From Craspedostauros australis (taxonomy: Eukaryota), in NCBI GenBank assembly GCA_030167865.1, contig JALAGF010000504.1, forward strand, positions 124,001 through 151,345: 27,345 bases of DNA, given 5' to 3'. The position numbers were made by a program, and so were the translations under genes. This document shows, piece by piece, positions 1 through 10,329 of this stretch (position 1 is the first letter of the stretch; each line of letters starts with the position of its first letter). The notes beneath the pieces are model-generated. The model saw only the letters and a list, made by a program, of their open reading frames with translations. It ran no database searches and had not been told where the DNA came from.

Positions 1-63
1 GGTGGTGAGAAGGCTGTTCACGGAAGCGGGCTGCTGTTCTGGCGATCTTGGTTTTGGTATCAT
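1..63 (-). CDS. Possible N-terminus of a divergently transcribed gene running off the left edge (MIPKPRSPEQQPASVNSLLTT...)
   Basis: ATG at 63-61 with open frame to the edge; no recognisable homology, could be chance. Confidence 0.15.
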   Translation of the reverse strand, partial: MIPKPRSPEQQPASVNSLLTT

Positions 64-754
64 GCTCGACCGACACTCATCTCCCTTCTGTCTTTGCAGC
101 TCTGTGGATGCTCTATGGACCACAAGTGCGAGATGCTGACATGATGATGTTCCACGATTGCTGGTGTGAACAACGCATCAGCCAGCATCTCCGCGAACTC
201 AATTGCACAACTTGAACTGCTGACAAACAGCGATGCATCCTGGTCGCTCACCTCGCTTCTTCCAAGTTCGGATCGCCAAGTCGTCGCTCTCGACAGTGGA
301 TTACTCTGTTCTATTCCCTTGTTGTTGATGTTGTTGATGTTGTGTGTTATGCCATCCCAAGTGCCACGTCCCTGAACGATGATGAAAGATACAAGCGTGG
401 CGTGCACGAGTTACAAGTGTGTGCGGTTGGTTGTCGCGAGCGCGACCACGACTGCGCCATCGTCAAAGAACGCAAACAAACACACCGCACCATCGTCGCG
501 TTTCCGCTCCGCTCACGATCCACTCCAACACGGACAAGCGCCTAGTGATGACTCGTTCGACTAAATGAATCCAATCCAGGAATTGGCTCTCTGGTGACAA
601 AAACACGAAATGACCACCGCCAACGCTTTGTGTGTTGTGCGCAAGTCGACTGCGGTCGCACACACGGTGCAGCACAACACGACCGTGATCTGACTTCGAG
701 TGGCCTCGCCTTCTTCCGAGATCACTCCATCCCAAAAGAAGGCCCTCACAACAA

Positions 755-774
755 TCCAACTCCAACTCCAACTC
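755..774. repeat. Short hexamer repeat (TCCAAC)3 upstream of the NBAS-like gene
   Basis: tccaactccaactccaactc read directly. Confidence 0.7.
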
Positions 775-871
775 AGACTGCTGTTGCTGTTGCAATCATA
801 TAGAGTAGACTGGAGTAACATCACTGTTCTCTGAAGACAAAGACCATAGGCAGGACAAGGTGATCGATGCC

Positions 872-3800
872 ATGAATGCCAGCCAACTCGGCCTGGTGTC
901 ACAAGGCCAGCCATTGCTGGTCGATGCGCAATTCCTGATCGATGATGATGCCAATGGCGATGCTGGCGATCTGTCCCAACCATCCAACGCACGAGCTTCT
1001 CAACAAGGACGCAGCGCCGCCAGCGGATCGATGAGCAGCAGCGTGCAGCAGGAGCTGACGAGAACGTACGAGACATTTGCCGACCTCTATCCCAACCCCA
1101 GATTGGTGGAGGAAGCTCGCGAGAGAGACACCCTCATCCAAGCATCCTCGGCTGCGTCACATGCCAAGTTCCAATCCTCCAAGCCAAAGCCCAAATCAGG
1201 AGGTGGCTTCTTCTCCTTCCTCTTTGGGTCTTCCGCCGCAGATGATGCGAGCGACGCCAATCAACGGGCAGGGCATGGCGTGAATCAGGATGACGACAAC
1301 AACGACGGCGACGACGACGGACCCATCATCTATATCGAACCCAGCCTGGATGACGTCAACGACAGCGTCTGCGGGACCTCCGTCGGGTTGGACACGTCCT
1401 GCATCCCGGATGAAGCGCACAGCGTCGCCAGGTTTCAGATGGCGTCCGCCAAGACACACGGTGCCGGCCCCAACGTCGCAAGGCAGAGGGTGGACATTCC
1501 CGCCAACACCGTCGACGGTGCACCCACCCCAACGCACGTCATTGTGGGACTCGGCACCATCGCAGAGATCGATGCGGACGGCAATCCTTCGTTGGTGCTG
1601 CACACGCGAGATCGGGATCGCTTGTTGGACTTTGCGAACCATGCGCCGTCCTCCACGCCATTTCGGTTGCAATATGCACGTGCCGCCACGCTCAGCAATC
1701 ATTGCATTGCCATATCGTGGGGGTTCGGCGACGGGATCATTGTCATCTATCACAAGCTGCTTCTCGATGGTCACCTCCTGCTGGAACCAATGACGTACTG
1801 CAAGCCATCTCCGGCTGTGGTGGACAACCTCGAAGGCGTCGGTGGGACCTTCCTGGACGATGGCGATCATCATTCGGGAAGTCCGCTCATACTGGTCACG
1901 GACATGATCCCTCTCACTGTCGATGCACGCGTTTCCATACCAGCAGCATCAGCATCAGCGACTGGTCAGCAGCAAGACACAAACGGCAACGACCCCGCGC
2001 ATGTTGAGATGCAGGTCGTTCCGTTGTGCACATTGGCTGTGTCGCGTCTCGGTGGCTACATCGAGCTCATGCCGCTGCCTCCGCCCATGATCACCGCCGG
2101 CTTGCTCACCCCGGAAACCTACCCCCTTCCCAAGTGGCCCAAAATCAAGCGGAATGCGCATTACGCGATGGGATTGCTGCGCGATGACATCATCAACGGC
2201 ATCGTGGCGTTGACGACGAACGAATATCATTCAGATATCGTGTGCTTATCAGCATTCCGGACATGCGTCGACCCATCGACGACGTGGAACAATGAGGACT
2301 ACCCCGATGGACCGCCGGCGGAGTTCGTGCTTGCAGCGACAGGATCGGGTGAATCGGGACATGCGACCGTCACATTTTGGTCCGTTGGCACGACGCTCAA
2401 GAAATCTCTCACCGACGTTGCGAAACAAGGTCAGGATGACCCAAATAATGGCGGTGGCAGTGGTGGGCAAATGCAACCGCAACAGGCACCCATCTTCCAC
2501 CTCCATGCCACGTTGAGTGAGGCCATCACCACACCCACTGGTGCCGATGCCAGCATCTTCGCGACGCGCCGTATCGCGAACAGATGGCGAGCGCCTCGCA
2601 AGGTCGAGCTGAAGCCTGATATTGCAGATGCAACGGCTGAGGGATCGCCGTCAATTTCGGCGGGTGCTGCGCGCGGCAAAAGATCCGCTGTCGTCACATC
2701 CATCACAACATCCAGCCCCATCGTGGCGATGAAATTCTCTGGTTTGACGGATGAATTCCATCACGACACTCCCAAGATGGCCATCATGGATTGCAACGGT
2801 GGTCTCACGATCTTGGATTGCGGAGCGTTGGATCGCTTTGCGTCGCAAACGCTCACCGTCGATGAGTATTCCGTCTTCCGAAGGCAGGATGACACCACGG
2901 ACGCGTTCCCGCTCGTCGTCACCGTGACAAGCCGGAGCCAGTTCTTGCATCGCATGCTCAAGGTCACAAAGGGCAAGCCACCCAACATCCTGAGTTTCGC
3001 ATGGCAGCATTACCAGCACAGCGACGACGGCTTCGGAGCTGAAGAGAGCACGGAAGTGATGCCATCGATCGCGTGTCTTTGCGCAGCGCCGAGAGCATTG
3101 ATCATTTGCCCCCTCTCTCAGCTCCCATCCGATCTGCCAGAGATGCAGATGCAGGCATCCAAATCAAGCCAGTCCATCGCCCTTGTCAAATTCCCCAAGG
3201 GCACTTGCGCCGCCATGATTGGTCTGCGACAGAACATCGCCTTCTTCATGTATCAGCGTGCATCCAACGCATCCTGCAAACAGCTCAGGGCCTTCGCCTT
3301 GCAGCACTTGAATCCATTCGCGGTTGTGCAGTTGCTCGCAACCTCAGGGCGCCACGCGGATGCCATCCAGGCGGCCGAACAGTTATCTGCGACCGAACGA
3401 AGTGAGCTGGATGGCATCATCCAACAGTGTCATAGAAGCCTCTGGGAGACAGACAAGGACATCCGCAGTCTATCGCAGTGCACGGATCTGGAGTACATCT
3501 TCCAACAGACGAATAGCGCATTGATGGGTGAACCACAGGACAACAAAACCACCCTGGAAGGAATTCGCGATGTATGCAAAGTCGCGCTCCACGTCACGGC
3601 CCAGTTCGACGATGAAGCTTCGCGGCAGCAGCAACACTACATCACCGATTGCTTGATTCGGCTCGGGTCATATGAATTGCTCTGTCAGTTGTACGGCGCC
3701 GCTCCTTTGACGCATCACTTCCAGAAGTTCTTCGTCTCGCAGAACATCACCGATCTTGCCGTTCACTTTGCAAAGGAGGGGGACATTCTCGCGTTGACCA

Positions 3801-6800
3801 TCATCATGTTCCGACACAAGCACGACTTCGTCACGACGCTGCAACTGCTCTCCAGCCTGCCAATATCAATCGATCCTCAGATCTACTGCCATCTCCTACC
3901 AGTTGCGGTGCAGTTCACAGTGGATGACCACTTCATGCCGGATTACACGGAGGAGTACCAGCCAAAGCATATATCCTTGCTGCCGCAGTACATGGTGCAA
4001 AAGCACGAGGTTGCGTTGGTGAACGACACGGCAGATGAAAAGATGGTGCTCGCTGCACGCAGCGCTCTGTCGTCTGCAACCGAGACTTCCGACGCTGCAG
4101 TGCTGTTGCTCGAATGGTGCATCCAGCGTGTTGCCGACACGCGCCTGTTGGTGGGAAGCGATCTGTTCGCCTACCAGCTGTGCGAGATTGGGATCAACTG
4201 CGTGGCATCGTTGCGTTCCGACATTCAACAAAATCCGGCTCTAATTGATCTGCACAAATGTCTCCAATCTTCCAAGACCGAGATCGAATCGTTGAGGAGC
4301 GTGGTGGAGATTGGCGTGACAGACGACGTCGCCAGCTCCGTAGAATCGCACGTCGCGTTGCTGGATTCAGATGCCGTGATGTCATCCTCGGAAGACACAC
4401 CTGACTTGGTCGAGACGCTGGTCAGAACTGCACAAGAACTGCAGCGAATGGACGGAGAAGCGAGCAAGACGCTGCGGCCACTGCTCGAAAAGGCGTTCGC
4501 TGTTGGATCGGATACATTCGAGGGTGATGTGGATGCTGCCATCGCGCTGCACTGCCAGCAATTGCTTTCCCGATGCTTCGATGTGAAGAACAACAGATTC
4601 GGCAGCGACGATGACGTCATCGCTCAGGTGATGCAGTCGCTGCGAACTTCAGCACTGATTGTTTGCGCAAGCAGCACTGCATTGACCAAGGAAGAACGGC
4701 TGATCAGAGAAAAGGAGGCGATGGCGAAGCTGACTATTCGGCTTATCCACGAGTACATCTCGCTCTTGGTGGATGTCGCCGTGCCTTCGTCAGACGTGCG
4801 CAACATCTTGGACCTGTTCTGGCAAATGTACGAATCGCTCCCAGCGAGCTTGCCATCGGAGTTGTCAGGTGATGAAGTATGGATTGCGATTGGAGGCAAG
4901 ATGAACGGTGTTTACCGCAGCCTCATCTGCTTGGATATATTCCTGCGATGGCCGACATGCAATGCGTTCGACTGCGCGTCCATGCTTTCATCGCCAACGA
5001 CGTCGGCGGTGCACGATGGCAAGGAGATCGCTGGCAACATCGCGGTAACTTCTACGGCTTGCGCGAGACTCTGTCAAGCATTCTTGAGTCAGGTGGATAT
5101 CATTCCTCTTGACGATCACTTGTTGATCATTCCATCGCTTCTGAACGACTTGCTCTCGGATATCGAGGAGATGTTTGTGGCTGCCAACGGTACGTTGGAA
5201 GGCGACAGATCAAGGATGGTGAAGGTGATTTGCGACGCTCTCGTGCGACCCTTGCTCGAGAGAGAGGCCTTTCAGATTGCGCACAGCATCATCAAGTCTC
5301 TCCAATCATCCGGTGCAAACATTGAAGCGATCAGCAACCAGGTGCTTTGCTTCCTGCACGAGGCCATCTACGACGACGGCCATATGCAGGATCGGTTGTA
5401 CGCAGCGCAGATTTGCCAAGACGTGCTGTGCACCGGTCTACTGCCACCCAATGCCACCTTCGCGCAAATGAAACGGCATATGGATGCCTCGAACTTCATC
5501 CATTCATCGTTGCTGCCAGGAGCCCAAGGCACGCAGCTGATGCCGGGAGATATCCAAACGATGGCACCATTGGACGTGGTCTCCAAAGCAATTGTGCAGA
5601 GCTCCGTCTACCACATCCTTGATGGCAACTGGCAAACCGAGGCTGAATCATCACAAGCGAATCAGCAAATCCGTGACGGATCTGCTTTGGGTTCAGCCGA
5701 TCACGCGTCGCATGATGGTTTCAGAGATGGTGGCAGGTCCACATTGCTGCCACCGCCAGAAAAGAAGACGCTGGTGCTTTGTAAGATTCTGGATATCGGT
5801 GATGCCGATGACATTTTTGCGGCCAAGATGTTGCTGGTCAACTTCTTGCTCAACGAAGAAAGCTATGGCGCGGTCGCAGCCATGTGCCGAACATTCATTC
5901 GGCAGCTGGACATCGCTGTAAATACGAGGGACTTGAAATGCAGCACCGTGATCCATGTAACTGCGTCCATTGTCGGCAATGCGAAATACGAAGACGTGTG
6001 GACCAAGGCCGAGTTGTGCCAATCATTGCTCAGCAAGTTGCAAGGCGTGGTGATATCAAGCGACGGCAGCGATATCAGCGTCATCCGCGATGTTCACGCG
6101 AAGTTGATGCATGAGACGAGTGTCTTCAGCACTGCCATGGCCAAACAACGCGCTGTGCGACCGCCAGATCGTCCAATCGTTCGCGCGTTCCACCACACGC
6201 AAATGAAGTACGGCTCTGACATCCATGCGCTGTTCACTGACCTTTCCATGCAGGGTGCGGAGGGGATGATGCATGACGCGTTGCTGGATACGCTGTGTCG
6301 ATTGCTGATGTACTGGTGCATATCGGAATCGTTGAGACCGAGGCTTTATGTGAATGTGGCCGAAACCATCGATCTGCGAGAAGTTCTGGCTTTGTCGGTC
6401 GCGATCATGTTCCACATTCCCAGTTCGAAGACAGCGAAGTTGTGCAAGGAGGAGCTGCAGAAGACGTTGAAGGGCGAGGCAGACAAGGTTGCAACCATCA
6501 AGCGATTCAGCCGTGCATCGCATCCGATCGTCCCCAAAGCCGATCTCGTCGCACAGCTCCAAAGCCGCGGGTATTCCGAGAACGGTGCGAAGAGAGCATT
6601 GATTGCAACGGGGGGACGGCAGATCGATGTTGCGTTGCGATGGGCAATCGAGCACAGCATGGACAAAAACTTCAACAATCCCATCGTCCATCTCAGAAAG
6701 ATCGACGATCCCTCGATCGACAGCGTGGCAATCCAAGATCTGCGTCTGGCGCTGGTCGACAAGAAGGCACCAGTCGTAGCAAAGAAGCCACCTCCTCCCC

Positions 6801-8134
6801 TTCCCCCAGCCGCAACAGCAGCAAACATAGGAACAGAGACAAGAACAAGAAGAGCACCACCGCTTAAGCCACCAACGCAACGCGCGCAGCCCAAACCAAC
6901 AGAGGCCGAAATTGAAGCCAAGACATCTGTGCCAGTGACGAAGACGAAGGCTCCAACACTGTTGAAGCAGAGCAAGACAGAACCTCCAGCAAAACGCTCG
7001 CTGACCCCTCCAACGAAACTCCCTTCATCAATTGAATCCACGAACATTCCAGATGGCCAGCGGAAAACGACCTCAACATTACAGCTTCCAAAGCAGATTG
7101 CCGCACCAAGCAAATCACCCTCAGTGCCGCCGCCACAAGCAAGGACTGCGCTAAACTTGAAAGTTGTGCCAAGAGCATTCCCTCCCTCAAAGCCAGCCCC
7201 GGCAACGGCGATCGTTCAGCCATCACCAAAAACTGCACAAACCAGCAATCTATCGCTATCCGTCTCCCGTGCATCTCCGCGCCCACCTCCTCCTGCTGCC
7301 TCTTCGCAGCCTGCTACTCCGCACACCTCAATGCCATCGCCAACACCAACGGTAGCTGATGCCACAACGATTCGCTCAAAGATTCCTGCAGGAGCAGCCG
7401 CAATCGCCTCAAAACAGGAACCACAAAAAACACCCACGGCAAAGAGCGTCGATGTTCCACGACCGGCACCGCCGCTGGTGACAAGTCGATTGGTACCTCC
7501 TTCACCCTCCAAACGACCACCCAGACTGGATTTGCAAAGCTCCTCCGCTACAAAACCTGCTGGTTCTCGATTCCTCAAGTTAGCGACGACCCCGGTGGGT
7601 GGCCGTTCCAAGATTCCCTCGTCGAGTCCATCATCCCGCGAGGAGCTGAAATCGAAGGGCCTTCGGTTGTTCCAAACCCAACGCAAGGAACCGAGTCCGA
7701 CCAACGAACGCCAACGATTGCTGAGCCAAGGACACCAGCTGTTCCTCAAATCGCGGCAGAACCAACCGAAGCCACCTTCGGGTCTCAGGCCCGCGAGTCG
7801 CCTCCAACTGCCATCCAAAGCAGGCGCAAGACCAAGCACCACAGGATCTCCTTCGTCGTCGCTGTTGTCGGTGTCAAGGCCGTCGCCCCCACCAAGGCCT
7901 TTATCAAAGCTGGCCACGCCCAAAGCCGCATCAACACTGACAGGGACCACAAAGCTTGCAAGCCGAATTTCGACAACCGCAGGCAGCGCAGGTCCAGCAC
8001 CGCCACCACCCCCGAAACCGGCGATGATCGGCAGCACCACGAACAAGCCCACGGTGCAAAAGCTGTCTATTGAGACTGATGACGGAGGTGGTGAAGATAC
8101 TGGGTGGGGCTTTGATGACTTCGATGACTTCTAG
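872..8134 (+). CDS. NBAS: NBAS/Sec39 (MIP2)-like subunit of the Dsl1/NRZ ER tethering complex, ~2420 aa, apparently intronless; beta-rich N-terminal region, helical Sec39 region, UBA domain, Pro/Ser/Thr-rich tail
   Basis: Uninterrupted ORF; first ATG at 872 (track start 860 is GTG), TAG at 8132-8134. Segment FQKFFVSQNITDLAVHFAKEGDILALTIIMFRH...LQLLSSLPISIDPQIYCHLLP (~3719-3901) and downstream WCIQRVADTRLLVGSDLFAYQLCEIG resemble the conserved NBAS/Sec39 blocks; size matches NBAS proteins. Confidence 0.8.
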   Translation: MNASQLGLVSQGQPLLVDAQFLIDDDANGDAGDLSQPSNARASQQGRSAASGSMSSSVQQELTRTYETFADLYPNPRLVEEARERDTLIQASSAASHAKFQSSKPKPKSGGGFFSFLFGSSAADDASDANQRAGHGVNQDDDNNDGDDDGPIIYIEPSLDDVNDSVCGTSVGLDTSCIPDEAHSVARFQMASAKTHGAGPNVARQRVDIPANTVDGAPTPTHVIVGLGTIAEIDADGNPSLVLHTRDRDRLLDFANHAPSSTPFRLQYARAATLSNHCIAISWGFGDGIIVIYHKLLLDGHLLLEPMTYCKPSPAVVDNLEGVGGTFLDDGDHHSGSPLILVTDMIPLTVDARVSIPAASASATGQQQDTNGNDPAHVEMQVVPLCTLAVSRLGGYIELMPLPPPMITAGLLTPETYPLPKWPKIKRNAHYAMGLLRDDIINGIVALTTNEYHSDIVCLSAFRTCVDPSTTWNNEDYPDGPPAEFVLAATGSGESGHATVTFWSVGTTLKKSLTDVAKQGQDDPNNGGGSGGQMQPQQAPIFHLHATLSEAITTPTGADASIFATRRIANRWRAPRKVELKPDIADATAEGSPSISAGAARGKRSAVVTSITTSSPIVAMKFSGLTDEFHHDTPKMAIMDCNGGLTILDCGALDRFASQTLTVDEYSVFRRQDDTTDAFPLVVTVTSRSQFLHRMLKVTKGKPPNILSFAWQHYQHSDDGFGAEESTEVMPSIACLCAAPRALIICPLSQLPSDLPEMQMQASKSSQSIALVKFPKGTCAAMIGLRQNIAFFMYQRASNASCKQLRAFALQHLNPFAVVQLLATSGRHADAIQAAEQLSATERSELDGIIQQCHRSLWETDKDIRSLSQCTDLEYIFQQTNSALMGEPQDNKTTLEGIRDVCKVALHVTAQFDDEASRQQQHYITDCLIRLGSYELLCQLYGAAPLTHHFQKFFVSQNITDLAVHFAKEGDILALTIIMFRHKHDFVTTLQLLSSLPISIDPQIYCHLLPVAVQFTVDDHFMPDYTEEYQPKHISLLPQYMVQKHEVALVNDTADEKMVLAARSALSSATETSDAAVLLLEWCIQRVADTRLLVGSDLFAYQLCEIGINCVASLRSDIQQNPALIDLHKCLQSSKTEIESLRSVVEIGVTDDVASSVESHVALLDSDAVMSSSEDTPDLVETLVRTAQELQRMDGEASKTLRPLLEKAFAVGSDTFEGDVDAAIALHCQQLLSRCFDVKNNRFGSDDDVIAQVMQSLRTSALIVCASSTALTKEERLIREKEAMAKLTIRLIHEYISLLVDVAVPSSDVRNILDLFWQMYESLPASLPSELSGDEVWIAIGGKMNGVYRSLICLDIFLRWPTCNAFDCASMLSSPTTSAVHDGKEIAGNIAVTSTACARLCQAFLSQVDIIPLDDHLLIIPSLLNDLLSDIEEMFVAANGTLEGDRSRMVKVICDALVRPLLEREAFQIAHSIIKSLQSSGANIEAISNQVLCFLHEAIYDDGHMQDRLYAAQICQDVLCTGLLPPNATFAQMKRHMDASNFIHSSLLPGAQGTQLMPGDIQTMAPLDVVSKAIVQSSVYHILDGNWQTEAESSQANQQIRDGSALGSADHASHDGFRDGGRSTLLPPPEKKTLVLCKILDIGDADDIFAAKMLLVNFLLNEESYGAVAAMCRTFIRQLDIAVNTRDLKCSTVIHVTASIVGNAKYEDVWTKAELCQSLLSKLQGVVISSDGSDISVIRDVHAKLMHETSVFSTAMAKQRAVRPPDRPIVRAFHHTQMKYGSDIHALFTDLSMQGAEGMMHDALLDTLCRLLMYWCISESLRPRLYVNVAETIDLREVLALSVAIMFHIPSSKTAKLCKEELQKTLKGEADKVATIKRFSRASHPIVPKADLVAQLQSRGYSENGAKRALIATGGRQIDVALRWAIEHSMDKNFNNPIVHLRKIDDPSIDSVAIQDLRLALVDKKAPVVAKKPPPPLPPAATAANIGTETRTRRAPPLKPPTQRAQPKPTEAEIEAKTSVPVTKTKAPTLLKQSKTEPPAKRSLTPPTKLPSSIESTNIPDGQRKTTSTLQLPKQIAAPSKSPSVPPPQARTALNLKVVPRAFPPSKPAPATAIVQPSPKTAQTSNLSLSVSRASPRPPPPAASSQPATPHTSMPSPTPTVADATTIRSKIPAGAAAIASKQEPQKTPTAKSVDVPRPAPPLVTSRLVPPSPSKRPPRLDLQSSSATKPAGSRFLKLATTPVGGRSKIPSSSPSSREELKSKGLRLFQTQRKEPSPTNERQRLLSQGHQLFLKSRQNQPKPPSGLRPASRLQLPSKAGARPSTTGSPSSSLLSVSRPSPPPRPLSKLATPKAASTLTGTTKLASRISTTAGSAGPAPPPPPKPAMIGSTTNKPTVQKLSIETDDGGGEDTGWGFDDFDDF
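6533..6690 (+). other. UBA domain within the NBAS-like protein
   Basis: PKADLVAQLQSRGYSENGAKRALIATGGRQIDVALRWAIEHSMDKNFNNP fits the UBA pattern LxxL-x-(M)G(F/Y)-x4-AxxAL-x6-AxxW-xx-H; MGF loop reads RGY. Confidence 0.75.
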
Positions 8135-8695
8135 AGAGACGGACATGCAGCAGGCCGGGAGCGGATGTGCTATACACAGGACGAATACTTGCCACATGCC
8201 GTTCTCCTCAATTCAAACTTCTTTCAGAATAAGTTGTGGTGGTGGTGTTGCGACAACAGTGATACGAAGTAGAGCATGGCGATGTACCATACAGAACAGA
8301 AAGGGTATTTAATCGTAAAGAACGCTAACCAACACTCTGAGAGATGAAAATGGGCAATATGTGTAGGGAGGACATCCGTAGCTGTTGCTTCCTGCATGGG
8401 TACAGTGGACCTCACAACCTCCTCGCACACCACAACGCGAAAGAAAGCAAAGAAGTTGTCACTGGTCTCCAGCCTCGAGTATGACACCAAATGGATAATA
8501 CAAGTGCTAGAGTGCATCTGACACAGCGAAGCCCAGCAGTCACAGTAGCGTACCAGCGCACTGCATTGAAGAAGGACAAGTATGCACCATTGGTTGATCG
8601 TTGATCGTGTGCAATGTGTCTGTCGTTTGGTGCCATAATCCATCCATGTCCGTATTCATATCTGTATTCGTTTCCATATGAGTATGATTGCATGC

Positions 8696-10182
8696 CTACT
8701 TCCATAATCGCTGGAGACTGACATTGGAATCGCTTTCCTTCTTCATGACCTTGGCGACGGCCATCTCAAAGTCCTCCTGCGTGACGTGAACACGACGCTC
8801 TCGCAAGGCGAACATACCCGCCTCTGTGCACACGGCCTTACATTCGGCTCCGCTGGAGTTGCTCATCTTCTCCGCGATGACTTTGAGGTCGATGTTACGC
8901 AGCAGGTTCATCTTTCTGGAATGAATCTTCATGATGGCCACTCGGTTTTCGACGTTGGGATTGGGGAACTCGATCTTTCTGTCGATTCGGCCAGGACGCA
9001 ACAAGGCCGGGTCGAGGATGTCAATTCTGTTGGTGGCCATGATGACCTTGATGTTCTGCGCTGGTTCGAAACCGTCGAGCTGGTTGAGGAGCTCGAGCAT
9101 GGTGCGCTGCACTTCGGAGTCTCCCCCACCACCGCCACCGCCACCACGGGAGCTTCCGATGGAATCGATCTCGTCCATGAAGATGATCGATGGCGCTGCT
9201 TCTCGTGCCATGACGAAAAGCTCGCGGACCATGCGGCTACCTTCTCCGATGTATTTCTGCACAAGCTCTGCTCCGGAAACGCGGATGAAGGTACAGTCTG
9301 TGTGATGCGCCACGGCTCTCGCGAGCAAGGTCTTTCCCGTTCCTGGAGGTCCGTACAGCAGGACACCCTTGGGCTGAGCCACACCGAGGGATTCGAAGAG
9401 TTCTGGGTGCTTGATGGGGAGCTCGATGACCTCCTTGATCTCCATGACCTGCTTTTCCAGACCGCCGATCATGTCGTACGTGCTGTCCGGCACCTTCTCC
9501 ACCTTCATGAGGCTGACGAGGGGGTCCACCTTGGTGGGGAGGATCTTGTGCAGCGTGTAGGAGTCGTTGCGCAGCGCCACTCTCGTGTTGGGCACGAGGT
9601 CCTTGATGCTGACCTCCTTCTCGTCGAGATCCACCACGTACTTTCCCTCCGGGTTGATCTTGACCAGGACCTTGTTCTGTCCCATCTGCTTGACGACTTC
9701 TCCCACGAAACTTCCTGGCTCCTGCAGATGATGCAGCTCCTCTCTCAGCATGCGTACCTTGGCATTCAGCTCGTTGCGTCGCGCCTTCAGACGTTGCAGG
9801 TCAGACGTTCGACCTGTCACCACCTGCGAGTACAGTTGTAGTTGTAGTTGCAGTTGTGTGATCGTGTTCGTTCATTTGGTTGTCCCGTCGTTTGTGGGTA
9901 CGGTCCAGCAGCACAGCACAACAAGGCATGGCACAGTATGGCATGACACGGCATGAGCGGCGGCAAAGAAGGAGGAAGGCTCGGCGTCAGTCACCATGGC
10001 TGAATACAACAACAACAATCCACGCTCCACATCAGGTTCAGGTTGATTGCATGCCAACATCGTCTTCCACAGCACACGGCACTCACATCGTTCAGGTCCC
10101 TGACTTTGGAGGCATAGTACTTTGCCATGCTTCCAGAGTCGCCTGTCGCGTCTTTCGATTCGTCCACAATGTCCATCGTCAT
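8696..10182 (-). CDS. RPT6: 26S proteasome AAA-ATPase subunit RPT6 (PSMC5/SUG1), 407 aa; exon 1 10182-10087, exon 2 9823-8696
   Basis: Walker A GPPGTGKT, Walker [38 protein letters not shown]-terminus ...LWK typical of Rpt6. Exon 1 [32 protein letters not shown] supplies the conserved YYxxK coiled-coil start and joins in phase 0 through GTGAGT...CGCAG. Confidence 0.96.
9824..10086 (-). other. Spliceosomal intron of RPT6, 263 nt, phase 0
   Basis: Donor GTGAGT at 10086-10081, acceptor CTCGCAG ending at 9824; splicing restores a continuous Rpt6 N-terminus. Confidence 0.9.
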
Positions 10183-10285
10183 GTTGGGAGGTTCGTTCGT
10201 TTCTTCCTTCTTGCGCTCACTCGCTTCTGTGTTTGTTTGTGTGGCAATGGTGTTGTCACTTGTTCGATGATCCAGCAGCAGTGGT

Positions 10286-10329
10286 TGCGTTGTGCTGTGC
10301 TGTGTTGTGTTGTGTTGTGTTGTGTTGTG
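10286..10329. repeat. Pentanucleotide microsatellite (TGTGY)n upstream of RPT6
   Basis: tgcgt tgtgc tgtgc (tgtgt)5 tgtg read directly. Confidence 0.9.

Noticed and set aside
8134-8696. Functional link between UBA-bearing NBAS and adjacent RPT6
   Set aside because: Convergent neighbours in a compact eukaryotic genome; adjacency alone is not evidence of a shared system.
8786-9841. 351-aa + strand ORF
   Set aside because: Antisense shadow of RPT6.
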